64,000 nucleotides of DNA. Source: Octopus sinensis. Lineage: Eukaryota. Of the stretch, positions 39,706 through 52,104 are shown piece by piece. The notes beneath the pieces were generated by a model. The model did no database searches. It was not told the origin of the DNA and saw only the letters and a program-made list of their open reading frames with translations. The position numbers and the translations under genes were made by a program. The stretch's first letter is position 1; each line of letters starts with the position of its first letter. Where the stretch lies: positions 56,482,001 through 56,546,000 of the forward strand of contig NC_043007.1 in the NCBI RefSeq assembly GCF_006345805.1, given 5' to 3'.

Positions 39706-40199
39706 GTATACTTAACTTCTATTCGTAAGAAAAACGGTGTAACGCAGATCCAGCAATAATGAAAGTGTAAAATCCGTTTTAATTACTGTCGTATTAATTT
39801 TGCTCTGTGTGTGTATGGGAGTGTGTTTGCGCGCGCGCGTGTACTTATATATATATATGAATGTGATGTGTGTATATATATATATATATATATATGCATG
39901 TATATGTATATATATGTATATATGCATCTATATGTATATATATATATATATATATAATACATATATTTACATCAATACATTTATATATACATTTATACGT
40001 ATGTGTGCGTGTTGCACACTGTAGCATAACGTTACATAATTAGTTCAACGTTTTCAAACGACTCATTCACTTAATTTTTTCCTCCAATAAATGAACACCG
40101 TCTGTTTCGTTTTTCACTCTTTCAACCATTATTAAATAGCTTTGATTACAACTCTACCATTAACTGAACTAGCAACAATAACAAAAACAGTAATTTGAG

Positions 40200-40600
40200 C
40201 TCAACTAACTACAACAGCATCAACTGAAATAACAACAACAATATGGGCAACATTTATAGTAAAACTATTGCGACTAACTCAAACAACATCGCCATCTGTA
40301 CTATTAATACTTCCAATGCTGTGACTTTCATTATCTACTATCACGACCAACGACACGACGACGTCAACCCCACCCCACCCCACCACCATCACCACCACCA
40401 CCACCAACAGCAACAACAACAACAACAACAATAATAACTCTAACAACAGCACCAAAACTATCAACACCACCGCTAGTAACAGCAGCGGCACACCATCACC
40501 ATCACAACTATTACATTTTAAAAGTGCTGTCCTATCCAACTCACACATCTCCTGCAGTCACAGCATTACAATTCAGACACTTAAGCAAGATGAGCAAGAT
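40200..40600. repeat. AAC/CAC-rich low-complexity tract
   Basis: Degenerate trinucleotide runs giving spurious poly-H/Q ORFs. Confidence 0.85.
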
Positions 40601-40937
40601 GCAGGAGAGCCACCTAAACACTGCCCAAAACTACAAGTGCACTCTAAAAAGTTAGTGGTAACTGTATGGTGGTCTGCGAAAGGAGTTATTCATTATTCAT
40701 TTTTGCAACAAGGAAAAACGGTAACAGCAACATCGCATTGCCAGGAAATTGATTGTATGCATGAGAATTTGAAAAAGAAGCAACCCAGACTAGTGAATAG
40801 AGATGACCCAATTTTGTTCCGCGACAATGCACGTCCGTACGCTCTTCAAGCTACAGTCCAAAAGCTGCAAATCCGGAATTATGAGATTTTGCAACATCCT
40901 CCCCATTCCCCTGTTATCTCTCCTACAGATCATCACT
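40600..40937 (+). mobile_element. mariner transposase catalytic-domain fragment (subfamily distinct from the 23451 element)
   Basis: KKLVVTVWWSAKGVIHYSFL..ILFRDNARPY..ILQHPPHSPVISPTDHH (HDNARPH / HPPYSPDL motifs). Confidence 0.9.
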
Positions 40938-41311
40938 TAGAACAAAAGCAACAACAACAAAAACAAAATACAAATTACATGAATGTATATAAACAGAAGA
41001 TACAAATATTACAGGCATCCCTCCCACACACACACTAAATAAACATAGACGCACATAGAGATATAAGCATGCGCAAATGAAGACATACAATAGAAATACA
41101 AAATGGCTGACGGTTAGTAAGGAGAGACACAAATAAGTGAGAAGAAAACAAAGGACCACTGATGCGGTCACAGGAGTGTGACGAAAGAACTCTGGCCGAA
41201 ATAAGATTAAGATTAATGTAAAAAATAAATATCACTGAAGCAAAATAACACCAAATATATAGTGCGTGTGTTTTTATTGGCTAAACTGGCAATATGACCA
41301 TTCCGAAATAT

Positions 41312-41346
<35 letters not shown>

Positions 41347-41530
41347 TCTCCCACTCTCGCTTTCTCTCTCTCCCTCTCATTCACTCACTCATTATATATA
41401 TATATATGCTGACATATATAAAGAAAAACGCAACAGGCACACACACACACACATACATATGCATATATACGAGTGAGTGGACATACGAAAGAAGGGCACT
41501 CAACACATTTATTGGGAGTTATATTTAAGT

Positions 41531-41641
41531 ATCAAAATATTTTGATTCAAATTCGTTGGTACTCTGAGTACTAAGGTGTGATGCTAAACCTCACGCTTTG
41601 AAACTCAGAATACCAACGAATTTGAATCAAAATATTTTGAT
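41531..41641. repeat. 111-bp near-perfect hairpin
   Basis: atcaaaatattttgattcaaattcgttggta..tgagt / actca..taccaacgaatttgaatcaaaatattttgat; inner stem aaggtgtga/tcacgcttt, 9-nt loop. Confidence 0.9.
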
Positions 41642-41685
41642 CCATATATATACATATACATACATCCATACATACATACATACAT

Positions 41686-41799
<114 letters not shown>

Positions 41800-41939
41800 G
41801 AATAAGATAGAGTCAACAAGAGGAGTACGGTTGGACAATTACTTTTTAATCACTGCACATGTTTCCATACGACATATATCTTCATATATACAGAAATTTT
41901 ACGGGAGGGGGAAAATTGAATTATAATAATAATTATTTT

Positions 41940-44245
41940 TATACACTGTCCCTTCTTGAAAATGCATATTTGGCTCGGTGGTTACAACTTAGAATTTTCT
42001 CATCCTGCTTGTTTACCAGGTTCTCATTACTCACCAGTATACTCAATGCTTCCTCAAGGCAAAGGTCGCATTTGCGGGATAACGAATTATATGGGTGGGC
42101 ATTTTTTATAATTTGACCATTTAATTTTGTATTTAATTTTTTATTCTTTCAGTCTCCATATTAGGTCTGCCAGTGAAATTGCGTGTCATCTGTTTATTTT
42201 TCAGAATGACGAGATATGGTGGTGATAACGGTCTTTGAATTGGTTTTCTGGGGCACCTATGTATGTGTATTAATGTTAGGGGTGGTGATTGTGCATTCAT
42301 ATCTTTATATATAAAAGAGAGGTTGTGTGCTGTCTATCTCCTACGATTTAGATTCCTAACTACTCCCACATTTTGCAGTGCGGTATCTTATAGTCGTGAT
42401 TCATATCGAGCCCTTCTGGGTATTAGCGCGCATCTACGATGAGTCTACGATTTTAAAAATAATTACCATCAATTTTTCCCATTTTTAATCCATTTTTGGC
42501 ATATATAAGGGAAATAACTCTCTAAAAATTTATTATTAAATCTCAGAACGTAAAAGCTACAGTAACACCCCGCCTTTGTGGTTAGCCATATTGAGATGGC
42601 TATTATACTTTACATCTCTAAAAATGCTTATATAGTTATTTCCCTTACAAACCCGAGCAACGCCGGGCGATACTGCTAGTAATATATAAATGTTTTTGGG
42701 ACACATTGGTTCATAAGCAGGCAAGCGGAATATCTACTGCATAAGCAGTTGTTTGTAATATTAATATTTTTATGTTTATTTGGTGACTTTTTGATTCTGT
42801 TTTCATGATGTGCCGTTTGATTGTTAGTGCCTGAAGCATTGTGGCAATCTTTTAAAATTTTATTGCCACCGTCTTGTACGTTAACTGAGCTTTTGTGGTC
42901 TATCTTTTGTTTATTTTGTATTATTGGCCTTAAATCCTGTGATGTTTTGATTTGTTTGTTCTTTGCCAGCAGACGTTGTATGCTTAATTTCCTCTTGTTA
43001 TATTTATGTATGTTGTACTTCATGTTGTAAGACGTTTTGTACGGTATTTTGACTGTGTGTTTTATGTGTTTTATGGAAGCATCTATTTAATGCTGCAATG
43101 AATTGCTTACCTATCTTGGACGATATTTGCAATCCAAAAATTGGATTATACCATAGGACTTCCGAATTTTTGTACCTTTTGTTTAGTTCCTTCTTCCTAT
43201 TTTGTGTGTCATTTTGATTTTGTGCGTCTGTATTCCAATTATATCTATTCTTGTGGGTTACATCTATTTTCTTCCTATCTCTCCGTTGTTCCTCCGGTTT
43301 TTCTTTTTTATTGTTATTTGTTTGTTGTTGTCATTCGTGTTTTGTGTATTTTCTACCTTATTTGCGTCTGCGTTATTGTTATTTGGGGTTTCGTTATTTT
43401 CAAATTTGATTTTTTCCTTTATATCCGACCCTAGCTAGCGCTTCATTATAGTATGGTGCATGTTGATTGAATATTTCCTCTGTGGTTGATAATCTTGATA
43501 TTCTGGCGGCTATGTTCTCAATTATTCCTTTGGTTATGGATGGTGGGTGATTTGACTTCACATTTATGTATATTAAGCTTGTGGTACGGTTCATACAGGC
43601 CAGTATCCAAATTAAAAGTCACACTGGGAAGTTTACCTTACGATAATTACTGTCTATGATTATAGAAAGGTCGAAACGTCTAAAACATTTACGGAGTTGT
43701 TTACTCTATCATTCTATCTCTATTTTTGTACAGTTTTTATTAGGAAAAGAGCATCATCCCTGCACAGACCTCCCGTTATCTATGGGAATTCGTATTTGAT
43801 CTGGAATAAGAGGTAGATTTCAACGATCTCCTTTACTTAAGCCGAGAAATTTGACCCCATTGTTATATCAAAGGAATTAGTCCTATCTGATATCGTTCAT
43901 AGTTTGTTATCGTAACTAATAACGGCTTCATGAGCTGTTAAACTTATGTCCACATCTGTCCTAGATAAACTAGAGTTTTTCATTGCGAAAAGTATTTAGT
44001 ACTAAAGGATTAATCGTGGAAAAGTAGCTATCTATATCTAATTGTATAAAATTGGATGTTTTAGTTTTCTCTGCTGTCATAAACCATACTATAGCCTTCT
44101 GGGTGCCGGACAACAATGGAAGTCCAATCTTAGTTTTTAGTTCGGGCATTACTCTCTATGATGTTTTTATTTATACATCCAATGTCCGATTTAAATTTAT
44201 GGGAAGTGACAGAGCGAAATATCTTCATGTAATACAACACAGACA
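41940..44245 (-). pseudogene. Penelope-like element RT + GIY-YIG ORF, degenerate, interrupted by a Helitron
   Basis: FIQLDIDSYF, FDITMGS..GGLCRDDAL, YINVKSNHPPSI..ISRLS..EIFNQHAPYYNEAL, CLC..ACL..C..K, YIGAPENQFKDRYHHH, KCDLCLEE..CNHRAKY. Confidence 0.88.
42302..42679 (+). mobile_element. Non-autonomous Helitron, 378 bp
   Basis: 5' TC after A; 3' hairpin cccgagcaacgccggg, then cgatactg-CTAG followed by T; no TSD. Confidence 0.85.
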
Positions 44246-44249
44246 TTTA

Positions 44250-45740
44250 AATGGATAGGGTTTTTCTAAGGTGGACAGTACTTGTCAGCACAATCTTTTG
44301 GATTTCTCTGAGACATGGTTTTCCTGGGATATTATCTAGATGTTTCTGACATCCATTCCTTATCATACCTAGGACACCCACAATAACAGCAACATTTCTC
44401 GCTTTAAGATGCCATATCATTGTATTTCAATTTTCAGGTCCTTATATTTATTTAATTTGTCAAATTCCGTTACAGATATATTTTTATCAGTGGGAACGCT
44501 TACATCTATTAGTCGACAAGTATTTTCTTCTCTATCTTTAATGAGCATGTCTTGACGATTCGCCTGAATTGTTCTGTCAGTGCTGACTGGAAAATTCTAG
44601 AGGACAGTGACATTTTTGCATTCAACGACTAGTTCAGGAAGATGTTCATAATAATAAGCAGGAGTGCTGATTTTCTAGTATTTACATATTTTCCAATGTA
44701 AATACTGTTCTACCCTATCGTGGCGATTTATATATTCGTTTGGTGTCAGCACAGGACTTCCCGAGACAATATTCGTTTGGTGTTAGCACAGGACATCAAA
44801 TGTATCACAGAATCTGCACTTAGGGTCAGAACTGTTTTGAAGAACGTTAGCCTGGTAGTTTTTGGTAAGCAAGCTTTGATCTTGTGCCACCAATAGGTAA
44901 CATTCAGTCTCTGCTTTCAGTCCTGAGCTTCTCAGCCACTGAGGAGATGTTGCTTGCTCTACATCAGCATTTCTGCTTCAAAATATATACTGTTCATGCA
45001 GAAGCATTTAGCTCCACTGTTCTTTAATTTGTTTCTGCTCGCTTTTTTTTTTTGCTGTCTGTTTGATTCGTTTTTCTTTTTCCGTGGTAGTGGTTTCAGG
45101 TTCATCCTCTAATTCAGGGTTAATGCCAAGTTGCTTTGTGAATTTACATGCCTCCTTGACAATAGAATGTGACTTATTGCTGCTTTCGTATTCGCACACA
45201 AGCCGAAGCGTCCAGTCCACTGTACTAGATAAGTACTTGTTCATTGCTATTGTGGAGGCCTTATAGCACAGTTGTACCTGCATCATTCCTCTTTCCCCAT
45301 TACTTCTATGTAGGTACAGACGATCAACATCTGCTTTTGGGTGGTGCATGTTCTTAGATGTTAGTAGTTTCTTTTTGTCTTCCTGTCCAGGCGTTGGAGT
45401 TCTGTAAGACTCCAGTTAATGATGTTAAAACTGTATTGGACCACTGGAAGTGCTAGGGTGTTAATGACTTCAACGCAATTTTTGGAGTTAAGTTCAGTTT
45501 TTAGTATGAGTCGCATTCTTCTGTAATACTCCTTTCGTATTTTCTCCTTCATAGTAACATGTTATATATTCTCTTCGTTTATCCTTAAGTATTTATAGCT
45601 TTCTTGTGAGTCAAGCAACTTGATGATAGTGTCGGTATCTAAGTTAATGGAAGCTGTTTGTTGAGCTTGCCTCTTACAAAAGTTGTTTTAACACACTTAT
45701 CAAGGTCAAAATCCATCCCGACGCCATTGCTGAACTCTTT
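44250..45740 (-). mobile_element. R4/Dong-clade LINE remnant (RT C-terminus to RLE)
   Basis: IRKEYYRRMRLILKTELNSKN, MHHPKADVDRLYL, KLNKYKDLKIEI, IQKIVLTSTVHLRK. Confidence 0.88.
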
Positions 45741-45806
45741 AACAGTTGGCAACAGCCCTACTAGCTCTGCTATTTAGTCTCTCCCTAAAATTTTATTGTT
45801 ATTACT

Positions 45807-45842
<36 letters not shown>

Positions 45843-45849
45843 ACATTTT

Positions 45850-46200
45850 ACTTCTCAGAGTTCTGTCAAAAGTGGATAACAACCTGTTGTCAGAAGTCTC
45901 ACAAGGTCTATTTCCACAAATTGTAAGACTTGGTACTTGAATGTTAACTATCATGGAAGATACTCAACACCAAATCATCAACCTCAAAATCCTAGCTGAC
46001 CCCTGTAGAAAAGTTTTTTGGGTCTGCTCTACTCTCATGTCAATTCCAGTTACTCCGAAATATTTCTCTGACTTGGTTGTTAGTGCTCAGAGTACCACTA
46101 CAACTACTGACATAACAGTTACTCATCTCATTGCCCACATTCTTGCAATTTCGTCCTATTGTAAGTTGTATCTTACCACCTTACCTAGAGGGCGTCACTG
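45850..46200 (-). mobile_element. R4/Dong-clade LINE 3' fragment
   Basis: EIARMWAMR*VTVMSVVV..IDMRVEQTQK resembles the RLE C-terminus. Confidence 0.6.
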
Positions 46201-46351
46201 AGAGCTATGAATATAAAATCCTGTAGGATTGCGTCGATCAATGCACCGCAGGATGTGGAGTGGTTGATCCTGCTCTTCTCTAATATATCGACACAGCGTC
46301 CTCACTATGTCTTGTTGGTCATCATCATCATCTTCTTCTTCTTCTTCGACT

Positions 46352-46691
<340 letters not shown>

Positions 46692-47004
46692 AGACTAAAA
46701 TGGCCTTCATAGACACACACACAGCATTACAAACACGGCCCGTACATCCACTTTCACATTCCAGGACTACCATTGGGATCGATTAGGTACCGGACAAGGA
46801 TTCTGGATTATTTTTGCCGCTTTTTATTTACATAATTTTTTAGAGTGGTCGGGTACATTTTTAGTATTCTCGATTGTGAAAGCAGTCGAGTTTATTTCAG
46901 ATATTCTCATTTTAAAAATCATCTCCGGCTAATCGTTGAGAGGACATTGGTGTTGTCTTGGTGGAGGTTTCCGCTTCCTGAGTGTTCTTGTTATTATTAG
47001 TATT

Positions 47005-47544
47005 ATTGTTGTTGTTGTTGAGTGAGAGAGCAGTGCATACCATCAAAGTGACGTTGGAATACAAATATACGAAGCCCTATATACCCATCATGATAACCCG
47101 TCTATTAAGTTTACGCCAGGCACATGCATCACATCCATATATGCGTGACATGGTGACCTCATACAAAGTCAAATTGAACATGATTTGCAGGTGGGGCCCA
47201 GTTAGAGTTTTCTTCATGTTGAGTAGTCCATCCCTGCTCAAAAGGTCTCTCATTAAGTGTTGTTTAAAGTTGTTTCCAGAAGTGAATTATTCAAACCCCA
47301 AAGAATTCCTTTCAACATATGGCTACGATATCCCCACCCCACCATTAATCCTGCTCGTGATCAATGATGCACATATCGTCAGCCACCAAGGGACGTGCTC
47401 AACAACTGATAAAAAATTAGTGGTATTGAGCAGAATATTTGCTGTAGCCCATCTTTTATACCAAGAGAAAACATGTACATCATAACACCTCCACTCAGTT
47501 AAGATGAAAAGCCATGGGAGCAACTGCTTGGTATGCATTAGGAA

Positions 47545-47545
<1 letters not shown>
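47005..47545 (-). mobile_element. Non-coding dispersed element ending in an (AAT/AAC)n tail (second copy at 58185)
   Basis: Reverse complement aligns with 58185-58615 (gctgacgatatgtgcatc..tgatcacgagcag..ttctttggggtttg..actgctctctcactc). Confidence 0.75.
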
Positions 47546-47609
<64 letters not shown>

Positions 47610-49590
47610 CTTCGTAACACAGTGTAGGTAAAAATGCACCGGAGTCTTTAGTTATCTGTCAAGTCACAAGGACCTCAGACAGATAATACTTTCCTTAAGA
47701 TGTGCGCTGTGCCAAATAAGGCTGCTTTTTGCAAGACATCAATCTTGCATGGGATTTCCAGTTGCCTTTAGGAGTCTTGAAGTTTCAATGGGATTGAGCC
47801 CAACGCTCCGACCACCATTGGTATCACTTTTACATTACTTTCTCGCATTCCATACAGTCCTGCCGTTTCCACTTTTATTTCGGAGTACTTGGTGATTTTT
47901 TCAACCTCTTTACTCATAACATACATGTCATTTGGTATGGCTACATCAATGATCTGACAGTATTTGGCTCTCTTATTCAATATGATAATATCCGGCCGAC
48001 GGTATTCGATAACACGAACCGTCTGAAAATCGTAGGCCGGAGTATCGTTACTTTTCCATCCTCCTGCATAATTTTATTTGGAAAAGGCTCATACCAGTTT
48101 TCTGTTACTTCATATTGGTATTTACGGCATAAGAGCCAATGAAGATAAACACACACTTTTTTGTGCAAGGCTCTCACATCCACTTATCAGGTGGGTCATA
48201 TTTTCGACACTCTTTCTACACAGCCTGCATTTCTGGGTGTCAGAAGTTTTATAGGTGTTATACTTCACTGACTTGGTAGCTAGAACCTGGTCTTGTGCAG
48301 CAATGATCAGTCTTTCGGTGGTACGCTTCAAATCACCTCGCTCAAGCCATGCCCCCGCCCCACGATGCTGTGTTATTCTTAACGTCCTGTGTATTCCTTT
48401 CAAACTGTCTATGCATTCTCATTTCAAGGAGGTCTTTTCTCTTCTCCTCAGCTCTTTGGTTAAACTCTGCCTTGCCCATCATTTCATCTGCATTTACACC
48501 CACATCTTTCCCGGCATATTGCAGCAGGTTTTCATCACTATCAAATACTCGGCAAACGTTCTCCTTTCACTCCTTATACAATAGTCTATACTAATTAGCC
48601 CTCTGCCACCATTCTTTCTTTTCATATTCAGTCTGTTTACATTTGCTTTAGTGTGTAGCGCCCCATGCAGCGTCATCAACTCTCCCGTCCTTCTACCTAA
48701 TGTTGATATTTCCTCCTTACTTCATTTGAGGATGGACGCACTATATCTGACCACCGCAACTACCCAGATATTCATTGCGGTAATCAAAAATGTTGGCATT
48801 CAGGTTGGATTTCAACACCATCTTCACCCTTTTTTCATACGCTTCGCTGACCTTGACTTTAATTTTTCTGTGTAGAATATCATCCAGCTCCAAAATGTCT
48901 ATATATCTATACCTACTTCTATCAGGTTCATCCATAGTCTCTCCTGATGGTAATCGCAATCCTCTGCAGGATGCTTTCTTCCCTCTTTTCATATTAAATA
49001 CTGAGCATTTGGTAATCCCAAATTCCATACCGATGTCCCTACCACACTTCTGGACTGTTTTGGTCAAGGAATCTTTCTGTTTTTCAGATTTCCCAAACAA
49101 TTTCAGGTCACCCATAAACAGAACATACTTCAATGATAGGCCTTTCCTCCCACATAGGTAACCCATCTTAACTTTCCTAAGTGTCATTGTTATGGGTATT
49201 AGTGAAATTACAAATAGTAACGGAGAAAAGGGGTCACCTTGGAAAATTGCCCTTTTAATATTAACTTCTCCAAGGAATACATTACTTGAATACAATTTGG
49301 TTTTCCACTCTTTCATGCTATGCATCAGAAAATTTGTAATGTTGTCAGCAACACCAAACATTTGCAGACATTCAACGATCCAAGAATGAGGCATCATATT
49401 ATATAACTTCTTAAAGTCAATCCAAGCCACAGACATGTTTGTATGATGTTTTTTACAATGCCCCAAAGCTGTTTTATCGATGACCAAGTGACCCTTGGTA
49501 CTCTGAGAATTCTTTCTATATCCTTTTTGGTTAGGCACTTTACCCACTTGTTCTTTGACGTCACCCGTAATTATGACAATATTCTTTTGT
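47610..49590 (-). mobile_element. R4/Dong-clade LINE, ~2-kb RT-RLE remnant bounded by (TTA)n on both sides
   Basis: AWIDFKK, IFQGDPFSPLLF, LFMGDLKLF, CRLC..HLISGC, RPDIII..CQIIDVAIP..KITKYSEI. Confidence 0.92.
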
Positions 49591-49598
49591 TTCTTTCC

Positions 49599-49667
<69 letters not shown>

Positions 49668-49760
49668 ATTATTATTTTATTATTATTATTATTATTATTA
49701 TATTATTATTATTATTATTATTATTATTTATTATTATTATTATCATTGTTATTATTATAA
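49590..49760. repeat. (TTA)n microsatellite
   Basis: Direct reading. Confidence 0.97.
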
Positions 49761-49769
49761 TTCTTGTAA

Positions 49770-49960
49770 AGGTGGCGAACTGGCAGAATAGTGAGAACGC
49801 CGGACGAAATGCTTCGCAGTATTTCGTCTGCCTCTACGTTCTGAGTTCAAATTCCGCCGAGGTCGACTTTGCTTTTCATCCTTTTAGAGTCGATAAAATA
49901 AGTACCAATGAAAAACTAGTCCCCTGCTCCAAAATTTTGGGGGGCTCGTGCCTTTAGTAG
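49770..49960 (+). mobile_element. SINE family B
   Basis: aggtggcgaactggcagaa..gttctgagttcaaattccgccgaggtcgactttg. Confidence 0.9.
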
Positions 49961-49974
49961 AGCGTATTATTATT

Positions 49975-50500
49975 ATTACCGTTGTTGTTGTCCTTGTTGT
50001 TTTTGCTGTTGTCCTTGTTGTTTTTGCTGTTGTTGTCGATGTCCTCCTGCTCCTCCTCCTCCTCCTTCTCCTCCTCCTTCTCCTCCTCCTCCTCATCATC
50101 ATCATTATCATTATGTGATCGTTCTACCGTTTCTCCGTGTCTATATTGAAAGGTAAGCTTTTAACTCGTTTGATTACCGCTGTTGTTGATATTATTGAGG
50201 TTAGGTTGTTGGTATGTTTCTGAATTTATTTCTGTTTTGCATCGTAGTTGTGTGTGTGTGTGTGGGGGGTTAATGCTGCTGGTGCTGGTGGTGCTGCTGG
50301 TGCTGGTGGTGCTGATGGTGCTGGTGGTGATGGTAGTAGTGATGGACATGGAGTTAACGAAATACTAGCAATGATATTGGTAGTGATGGCAATAAGGATG
50401 GTGACGGTAATGGTTGTAGATGAGAGGGTATTGGTAATGATGGTAGTGATGAGGATACTAATGCTGGGTGCTAAAGTTCTTATTATTCATTTTTTCTGTC

Positions 50501-50552
<52 letters not shown>

Positions 50553-50700
50553 AATGATGGTGTTGGTGGTGTTGTTGGTGGTGGTGGCGGTGAGGGTATT
50601 TGAGGTGGTAGTAATTGTGGTGGTGGTAGTGGTGGTGATGGCAATGGTAGTGGTGGTGCTGGTGTTGTTGCTGGTGATGATGATGATGATGATTTCTAAA
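49975..50700. repeat. Degenerate GTT/CCT/GGT/GAT trinucleotide low-complexity region
   Basis: Direct reading; source of the poly-V/M/R ORFs. Confidence 0.85.
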
Positions 50701-50829
50701 GCTTCATGATCTCTACCTGTACTTTTGGGAAATAAGTGCGTAATGAATTAAATTAATCTCACCATTCATTTTCACGAGAGAGGAAAACTAAGTTAACCAG
50801 GACATGATTTCAGCACAGTGTCAAATGAT

Positions 50830-51885
50830 GTAACTAAATCATTTTTCTTTTTGATGTTTTTCATCGTTCTCTCCACCCTAACGCTAATAATATGCTATTT
50901 GGGCTCTATCTATGATGAACTATCTTATTGTTATTGTTATGTCAAGGGGAGTAAAGAAGAAATAATTGAAGCGATGAGAATGCAGGGAACCTTAAAAGTG
51001 AACGAAGCCGTAGATCCAATGCAATTTAAGAAAGACCAGAGAGAGTAGATGAAGAAAATTTGGCAGGATATGAAAATGCAAAGTCAGTTCTTGAAGAATA
51101 AAGATGAAATTGATTGGAATAGAATCTGGCAATTACTTAAAAGGGCCCACTGAGGTAGCGCTCTAGAACAAGCTTTCAGAACAAACTACTTCAAATACCA
51201 CATTAATAAAAGCACCGACTCACCACAGTGTAGGATGTGCTCTGAGAAGGGAAAAAGTATAAGCGATATTGTCAGTGAGTGCTGTAAACTCGCACAACAC
51301 GAATATAAAGGGAGGCACGAGAATGTGGCCAGATATGTTCACTGGCTGTTGTGCAGTAAAGCAAATCTCGAGAGCTGAACAATGGTCTGAATACAAGCCA
51401 GAGGCTGTAATGGAAAACGAACATTACAGAATACTCTGGGATTTTAACAGGCAGTGCGACCAAGTCATAGAGGAGAGACAACCAAATTTGCTGATCCATA
51501 AAGATGTAAAAGAAGTAAAGATAATAGATGTTGCAATACTAGGCGAGTCTAGGATGAAATGTGAGGAAACAGAAAAGATTGAGAAATACCAGCCACTGCA
51601 GGGCGAGATAGGTAAGTTATAGGGCATGAGGAAAGTAATGGTGATACCAGTGGTAACTAGATCATTAGGAGCAGTTTCCAAGGGCTTTGAAAAACATATT
51701 AAGAATATTAGAGCTGCTGTCAGGATCGAGGTGATCTAGAAGACAGCATTGCTGTGTACAGCTCGCATTCTAAGAAGAGTATTGTCGCTTTGAGTGACAG
51801 GATAAGGCACTACTTGAAACCTCTGTTGATTTGTTGCTGCCTGCTTTCAAGTAAAGAATATACGGTAATTAAGAACTATCCGAGA
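50830..51885 (+). mobile_element. R4/Dong-clade LINE 3' remnant (CCHC + RLE)
   Basis: CRMCSEK..IVSEC, HENVARYVHWLLC, ILWDF, KIIDVAI..EKIEKYQPL; followed by (TAG)n. Confidence 0.85.
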
Positions 51886-51895
51886 GTCATTCATG

Positions 51896-51896
<1 letters not shown>

Positions 51897-51955
<59 letters not shown>

Positions 51956-52015
51956 ATAAGAAGAGCAGTAGTAGTAGTAGCAGTAATAATAATAATAAGA
52001 AGAAGAAGAAGAAGA

Positions 52016-52051
<36 letters not shown>

Positions 52052-52100
52052 GAACAACAACAACAACAACAACAATAACAGTAATAATAATAATAATAAT
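51897..52100. repeat. Compound (TAG)n(AAG)n(AAC)n(AAT)n microsatellite
   Basis: Direct reading. Confidence 0.95.
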
Positions 52101-52104
52101 AGCC

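Noticed and set aside
41850-41910. Minus-strand atgaag..GAAACATGTG at the 3' end of the 41.9-44.2 kb Penelope
   Set aside because: The position is suggestive, but the core is interrupted and the triplet is GUG; cannot be supported as a ribozyme.
43655-43682. ggtcgaaacgtc resembling the 3' half of a Penelope hammerhead
   Set aside because: No CUGANGA core upstream, and the sequence is the antisense of in-frame PLE RT coding sequence.
46982-47485. 167-aa + strand ORF
   Set aside because: Antisense to the non-coding AAT-tailed repeat and not preserved in the second copy.
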